Assembly: GCA_965221905.1 (NCBI GenBank)
Contig: OZ244922.1
Coordinates: 1,504,001-1,568,000 of the forward strand
Source: Chloroflexota bacterium
GTDB lineage: Bacteria; Chloroflexota; UBA11872; VXOZ01
Length of the DNA stretch: 64,000 nucleotides
Direction: 5' to 3'
The position numbers were made by a program, and so were the translations under genes. Below the pieces are notes generated by a model that did no database searches, had not been told where the DNA came from, and was given only the letters and a program-made list of their open reading frames with translations. Positions 59,677 to 64,000 of this stretch are shown here, piece by piece (position 1 is the stretch's first letter; each line of letters opens with the position of its first letter).

Positions 59677-61041
59677 TTACGTTCCCTCCGGCCAAAGGCT
59701 TGCAAGCTGCCGACCGGCGACAGTCGCGAGGTTTTCGGCTGTGCCGGCAGCGGCGATGGAATGGGGAGAGGCCCAGGTCTCGTAGCCGCCCTGCCGCTCC
59801 AATGCCTCTTGGGTGCAGATGTAACCGAGATAGTCGTTGGCAAGCTCGGCAATGAGCGTTGGTAGCAAGGGACGTCCCGCCCTGATGGTTAGTCCCGTAT
59901 CGGCAAAGACCTCACCAGGTAGCGCCACCAAGGCAGCGTCCCCAATCCGCAATGACTGTATGCGCGTGTCTAACACGGGTGGCAGTGCGGCCAGATCGAT
60001 GCACGCTTGTGCATAAACGCCAAGATTTCCTTTCGATACCGGCTGACCCACTACCCAGCTAAAGGGGCCGGCGGTATATTCAAACGCGGCTGGATCTTGT
60101 AGGATTTGCCGGGCCGTAACAAGGTCTTCGGCCGCAATGGTCTTGCGGGTGTAGTCTACTGTCTCCAGCACCGCGTCCAATTGACAGGTGTCATGCATTT
60201 CTAACAGTTGGCTTTCTCTCAGCACGTGTCCTGCGAGCACTGAGGCCATCTTGCGCGCTTGGGCATGCCCTGCATCGTTCCACGTCCGCCGACCGCTATA
60301 GTCAATGTTGTTGATGTCGCCTGACGTGGCGTTCTGGAGGATCGGTAGACACTGCGGGCCGAGTAAGCGCTGTACTTCCGCGGTGAAGTGTCCGTAGTAG
60401 TCAGCAGAAAGTGCGGTCGGCGAGTCTGTGCCGACGTAGTGGAGCGCAAAAGTGGCAAGGATTGCCAGCGGAGTACCGGTCGTGTCTTCAAGGTACAGGA
60501 AGCTCAGCGCAGGATCAGTGGGGCCGGTCGCACGCACAGCGTTGGGATCCTCGATGCCGGGGTTCATGTGCACGGTGCCGTCACGCATCCACCAGCGGCG
60601 GTTGAAGCTGATGCGGTCTTCAGTCGACGTCCCCCAACCGATACGCGCGGGCTGAAGACGATTTACTGCCAATCGCACGGCATCCGCAATCTTGACCGGC
60701 ACCCAATCGACATAGTCTGGGTCTTCGTTCACGCCTAGGGCGGTGCGTATCGCCGGGCCGCTGTGGGTGTGGGTGGCGCAAATAAGCAGATTGCTGGGCG
60801 CGATACCGCAATTCTGAGCTACACGCGCCTTAACTGCATCGGCAATGCGCCGGGGCATGCAGACAAAGTCACAGACGACGATGCCGATGCGAGTCTCGCC
60901 GTTATCCAGTACCAGCGCCTTGGCGTGAATCTCGTCGTGCACGTCTTGGGCCTTGCGTTGGGCAAAGCCGCCGCAAAGGGCAATGTCCAGCCAGGGCGTC
61001 AAATTGCTCGTTGCAGCACCGGCGTTGATCTGAAGTGTCAT
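59677..61041 (-). CDS. Neutral/alkaline ceramidase-like hydrolase (paralog of 57100-58467)
   Basis: Same motif set; shares WVP.KIADAV, EDRISFNRRW.MRDGTV.MNPG and GPFSWVVGQP with the paralog. Confidence 0.8.
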   Translation of the reverse strand: MTLQINAGAATSNLTPWLDIALCGGFAQRKAQDVHDEIHAKALVLDNGETRIGIVVCDFVCMPRRIADAVKARVAQNCGIAPSNLLICATHTHSGPAIRTALGVNEDPDYVDWVPVKIADAVRLAVNRLQPARIGWGTSTEDRISFNRRWWMRDGTVHMNPGIEDPNAVRATGPTDPALSFLYLEDTTGTPLAILATFALHYVGTDSPTALSADYYGHFTAEVQRLLGPQCLPILQNATSGDINNIDYSGRRTWNDAGHAQARKMASVLAGHVLRESQLLEMHDTCQLDAVLETVDYTRKTIAAEDLVTARQILQDPAAFEYTAGPFSWVVGQPVSKGNLGVYAQACIDLAALPPVLDTRIQSLRIGDAALVALPGEVFADTGLTIRAGRPLLPTLIAELANDYLGYICTQEALERQGGYETWASPHSIAAAGTAENLATVAGRQLASLWPEGT

Positions 61042-61330
61042 GGTTGTTGTGACTCTCGATGGCGGCACGCAGACCACGTCGCGTGTTCGCGGCCGACGGC
61101 ACACTCATTAGCAGCGCATGGATTTAGCAATTCGGCTCATTCACGGACTATAGAATAGCACGTACAGATTGAGCCTCGCCTGTGCTCCCTGTGATAGCGC
61201 ATGGTACTCTCCAGGTTTGTCGTACAATTACGCCAGTCCGGATTACCCGTTAATATAGTAGTGTGCGACGGTTAGCGCTTCGGTGGTATGCTTGACGCTG
61301 TCGCTGCGAGGGAGTGCGCTCTAACTTGAG

Positions 61331-62683
61331 GTGCCAAGAAGTAGCAGGAGGAAAAGGATGCTTTTAAGAAGGTCGTTACTCGCAGGCACAGCGGCGCTCG
61401 CTGCCGGGTGTAGCTTTGCAGGGCCGTCGCTTGACGCGCCGAGCGCACCGCAAGAGGTCGCACTGAATTTCGTAGCGCCCACTTACGGCTTTTTTCGCAA
61501 TCCGCTCCTCTTCGAGGAAAGACCGGTGGATACTTACCGACGGACGGTAGCGATGCTCGAGGCGGATAGTGAGAATCCGTTCGGTCCAACACGCAGCGGA
61601 TACCGCCTGGATTTGCGGCTTTATGAAGAGGTGTATCCTCTCTATAGACCATCAAAGGCCCAAGAAGCAGAAGAGGCAGCCCAAACGGCGGCTCGTGACA
61701 CAATCGCGTCCTTGCTGGAAGACCTCGCAGCAGACCTCGTAATTGTACATTGGATTGATGCAGGGCGGTTGGGGCAAGATGGTCTCTTGCTGCCCTTGGA
61801 CCGCTTCAGCGGCCCGGCGGGAACCGAACTTGATCAGGAATTCTTCACGAGTGTCCTTAACCAGTTCCGGTCAGACGGAGCACTCTACGCTCTGCCTATC
61901 GGGGCGCTTCCGACTATGCTCTATTACGACGAGGGATATTTCGCAGAGCAAGGCGTGCCGCCGGTGGACGCACGTTGGGATTGGGACGACTTGGTGGAAA
62001 GCGCCGTCAAGCTGACGACGTACAAGGAAGACGGCACGGTGGCGCGCTGGGGGCTGATTGCCCATTTGGAGGAAGTTTGGTGGGCGTTGTGGCAGAACGG
62101 GGCGGAAGCGGTTGATCCGGACACACTGCAGTGCCGCTTGCAGGAACCGGCGGCCGTGGAGGCCTTGCAGTTCGTGCACGACCTGATGCACACGCACCGC
62201 GTCTCTCCACCGGTGTCTTCCAGAGCCTTGTGGGAGTTAAATTTCATCGGACGCTCGCCGCCTGCGATGCTGTATAGTCGCTCTCAGGTGGTTCCCGAGG
62301 GGTACCGCACGACTGCCCTGCCACTGGGTAAGCTTTACGCGGTGCCGGTGAGAGCCGGCTTTGGGATCGGCATTGCGGCGCGGACAAAGCATACCGAGAC
62401 TGCGTACGCGGCGCTGCGGGGACTGACGCTGGCCATGCAGGAGGAGACGGCAGTACCTGCCGGAAGAGTGGCAGTCGCTAGACTGGCGGATATTCGCACT
62501 GACCTCAGACCGGCTGAGGTGGCGGCGTTTCAGCATTCGCTGGAACACGGTCGCGCATGGCCCCAGGCCAGCATTCAAACGGTCACCATGCATGAAATAA
62601 TGGAGCGCTTGGGGGGCGATGACGACATGGCGACGATAATAAACGGCGCCTGCGCTCGCGTAGCCGAATATCAGCAAGGCTGA
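61331..62683 (+). CDS. Extracellular solute-binding lipoprotein, Tat-exported, divergent
   Basis: RRSLL, AAGC lipobox, LLPLD, DGALYALP, LYYD...F...GV..P...WDWDD. Confidence 0.82.
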   Translation: MPRSSRRKRMLLRRSLLAGTAALAAGCSFAGPSLDAPSAPQEVALNFVAPTYGFFRNPLLFEERPVDTYRRTVAMLEADSENPFGPTRSGYRLDLRLYEEVYPLYRPSKAQEAEEAAQTAARDTIASLLEDLAADLVIVHWIDAGRLGQDGLLLPLDRFSGPAGTELDQEFFTSVLNQFRSDGALYALPIGALPTMLYYDEGYFAEQGVPPVDARWDWDDLVESAVKLTTYKEDGTVARWGLIAHLEEVWWALWQNGAEAVDPDTLQCRLQEPAAVEALQFVHDLMHTHRVSPPVSSRALWELNFIGRSPPAMLYSRSQVVPEGYRTTALPLGKLYAVPVRAGFGIGIAARTKHTETAYAALRGLTLAMQEETAVPAGRVAVARLADIRTDLRPAEVAAFQHSLEHGRAWPQASIQTVTMHEIMERLGGDDDMATIINGACARVAEYQQG

Positions 62684-62797
62684 CCGCCGAACTTCCTGCC
62701 GTCGGGACTACGAGTGTCCTGGCAAGTAGCGAGCGGAGCGAGTATAGGTATGGGTTGCTGGAGCATGTAGTTCTATTTGCATCCGGGCGCTCCGCTG

Positions 62798-63634
62798 CTA
62801 TTGTGCAATCCCGTAGAACTGGGCGGCGTTGCCGCCAAAGACTTTCGCCATGTCCGCTTCGTCTATTGTTGATGCCAGTATCTCATTCAAGGCGCCCATC
62901 ACGGCGTCGTAGCTTCCTGCGAGCAGGCAGACCGGCCAGTCGCTGCCAAACATCACGCGCTTCAAGCCAAAGCACGAGACGGTGTGTTCCACGTACGGCT
63001 TGAGGTCGGCGGGCGTCCAATTGTTGTGGTCGGCTTCCGTCACCATGCCCGAAAGCTTGCAGTAGACGTTTTCGTGTTGTGCAACGGCGCTGAGTTGCGC
63101 GCGCCACGGGTCAAACTGCCGGTCCTCTATCAAAGGTTTCGCGATATGGTCGATCACTGCGCGCAGGTTCGGCACGCGTTCCAGCACCTGGAGCACGTGG
63201 GGCAAGTGTGGGGGACGCACCAAGAAGTCGAACGGAAAGTCGTTCGCTGCCAGCAGCTTGAGATTGTCGAGCACGCGCGGCTGCGTTACCCAGGCTTCAT
63301 CCGACAGGTCGTGCAGCATCGGGCGGAGGCCTACGAATGCGGGCTCTTTGCGGTACTTCTCAAGGAGGCGCGGGAAATCGGCGTCCGCCATATCGAGCCA
63401 GCCGACAACGCCGCCAATCGAGTCGTGTTCTGCCGCAAGCGAAAGCATGAAGTCGGTCTCTGCCACGGTCGGTGCGGCCTGCACGAGTATTGTCTTGTCT
63501 ATGTGGTGGCGTTCAAGTGCAGGACTGAGGTCGGCAGGGAGATAGTCCCGGTAGAGGTCTTCCATGTCGGGCGTGAGCCAACCGTAGTCGCCTCGGCTTA
63601 GTTTCCAGTAGTGCTGGTGTGCATCGACGCGCAT
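62798..63634 (-). CDS. Amidohydrolase_2 family lactonase (L-fuconolactonase-like)
   Basis: DAHQHYW, VQA, GVVGW, DHIAKP, CKLSG, MFGSDWPV motifs. Confidence 0.88.
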   Translation of the reverse strand: MRVDAHQHYWKLSRGDYGWLTPDMEDLYRDYLPADLSPALERHHIDKTILVQAAPTVAETDFMLSLAAEHDSIGGVVGWLDMADADFPRLLEKYRKEPAFVGLRPMLHDLSDEAWVTQPRVLDNLKLLAANDFPFDFLVRPPHLPHVLQVLERVPNLRAVIDHIAKPLIEDRQFDPWRAQLSAVAQHENVYCKLSGMVTEADHNNWTPADLKPYVEHTVSCFGLKRVMFGSDWPVCLLAGSYDAVMGALNEILASTIDEADMAKVFGGNAAQFYGIAQ

Positions 63635-63688
63635 GATGTCGCTCTCCGTTTTATGTTCAGACCAAGAGCGTACTCTAACCTGCTTGCA

Positions 63689-64000
63689 TTAGAAAAAACG
63701 GTTGCTGGTGTCCTCGACCTCCGCGTCGACGATGCCGACAACGCGCAAGCAGACCTGGCGGGCGCGGTACACCTGGTCAGGGTCGCGAAAAGCCGCGCGA
63801 ATCTGCGCCACACCGCGTTCCGGGTCTACACCGACGGACTCGAATCGAATTCCGAAGAGGTACGAATCGTCCTCCAAGACTTTCGCGAGGGCAAGGCTTT
63901 TGCGAAACCACGCGGCACGCCCCGTGATCATGCCCAAGATGCGCGTGTGGGCGAGTTCCCAGTAAGCCCAGAAGAGAAAACCGGAGAGAATCCAGACTGG
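63689..64000 (-). CDS. Hypothetical membrane protein, C-terminal part (5'-truncated by window edge)
   Basis: Frame is open to base 64000: a TM segment (VWILSGFLFWAYW) then a short alpha/beta domain loosely resembling BON. Confidence 0.5.
   Translation of the reverse strand, partial: PVWILSGFLFWAYWELAHTRILGMITGRAAWFRKSLALAKVLEDDSYLFGIRFESVGVDPERGVAQIRAAFRDPDQVYRARQVCLRVVGIVDAEVEDTSNRFF

Overview
GC-rich bacterial chromosomal window, most likely Chloroflexota. This is an inference from secG followed by a peptide-binding SBP, a C39-peptidase/TPR protein, Tat-lipoprotein SBPs, and many stand-alone TIM-barrel, enolase and ceramidase-like catabolic genes. Housekeeping content: the end of a SUF Fe-S operon, tRNA-Sec (selC), hisI, hisE, secG, sod, acs, a MoxR/DUF58/VWA operon, glpX, comF, a clpC-like gene, pepA and dgt. 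The most unusual structures are: (1) a REP-associated tyrosine transposase (RAYT) flanked by two inward-facing tandem arrays of 101-124 bp units, each carrying a conserved GTAG-REP; (2) a 233-bp MITE with IS5/IS1106-like ends inserted in the loop of a palindromic repeat, itself built from two inverted copies of that same repeat; (3) a 9 x 37 bp tandem array derived from half of a third palindromic repeat family; (4) a ClpC with a Walker-B Glu-to-Asp change in NBD2, preceded by a stand-alone duplicate of its own N-terminal domain. No CRISPR-Cas, prophage, integrase or rRNA was seen. All calls come from reading motifs by eye; no database searches were run.
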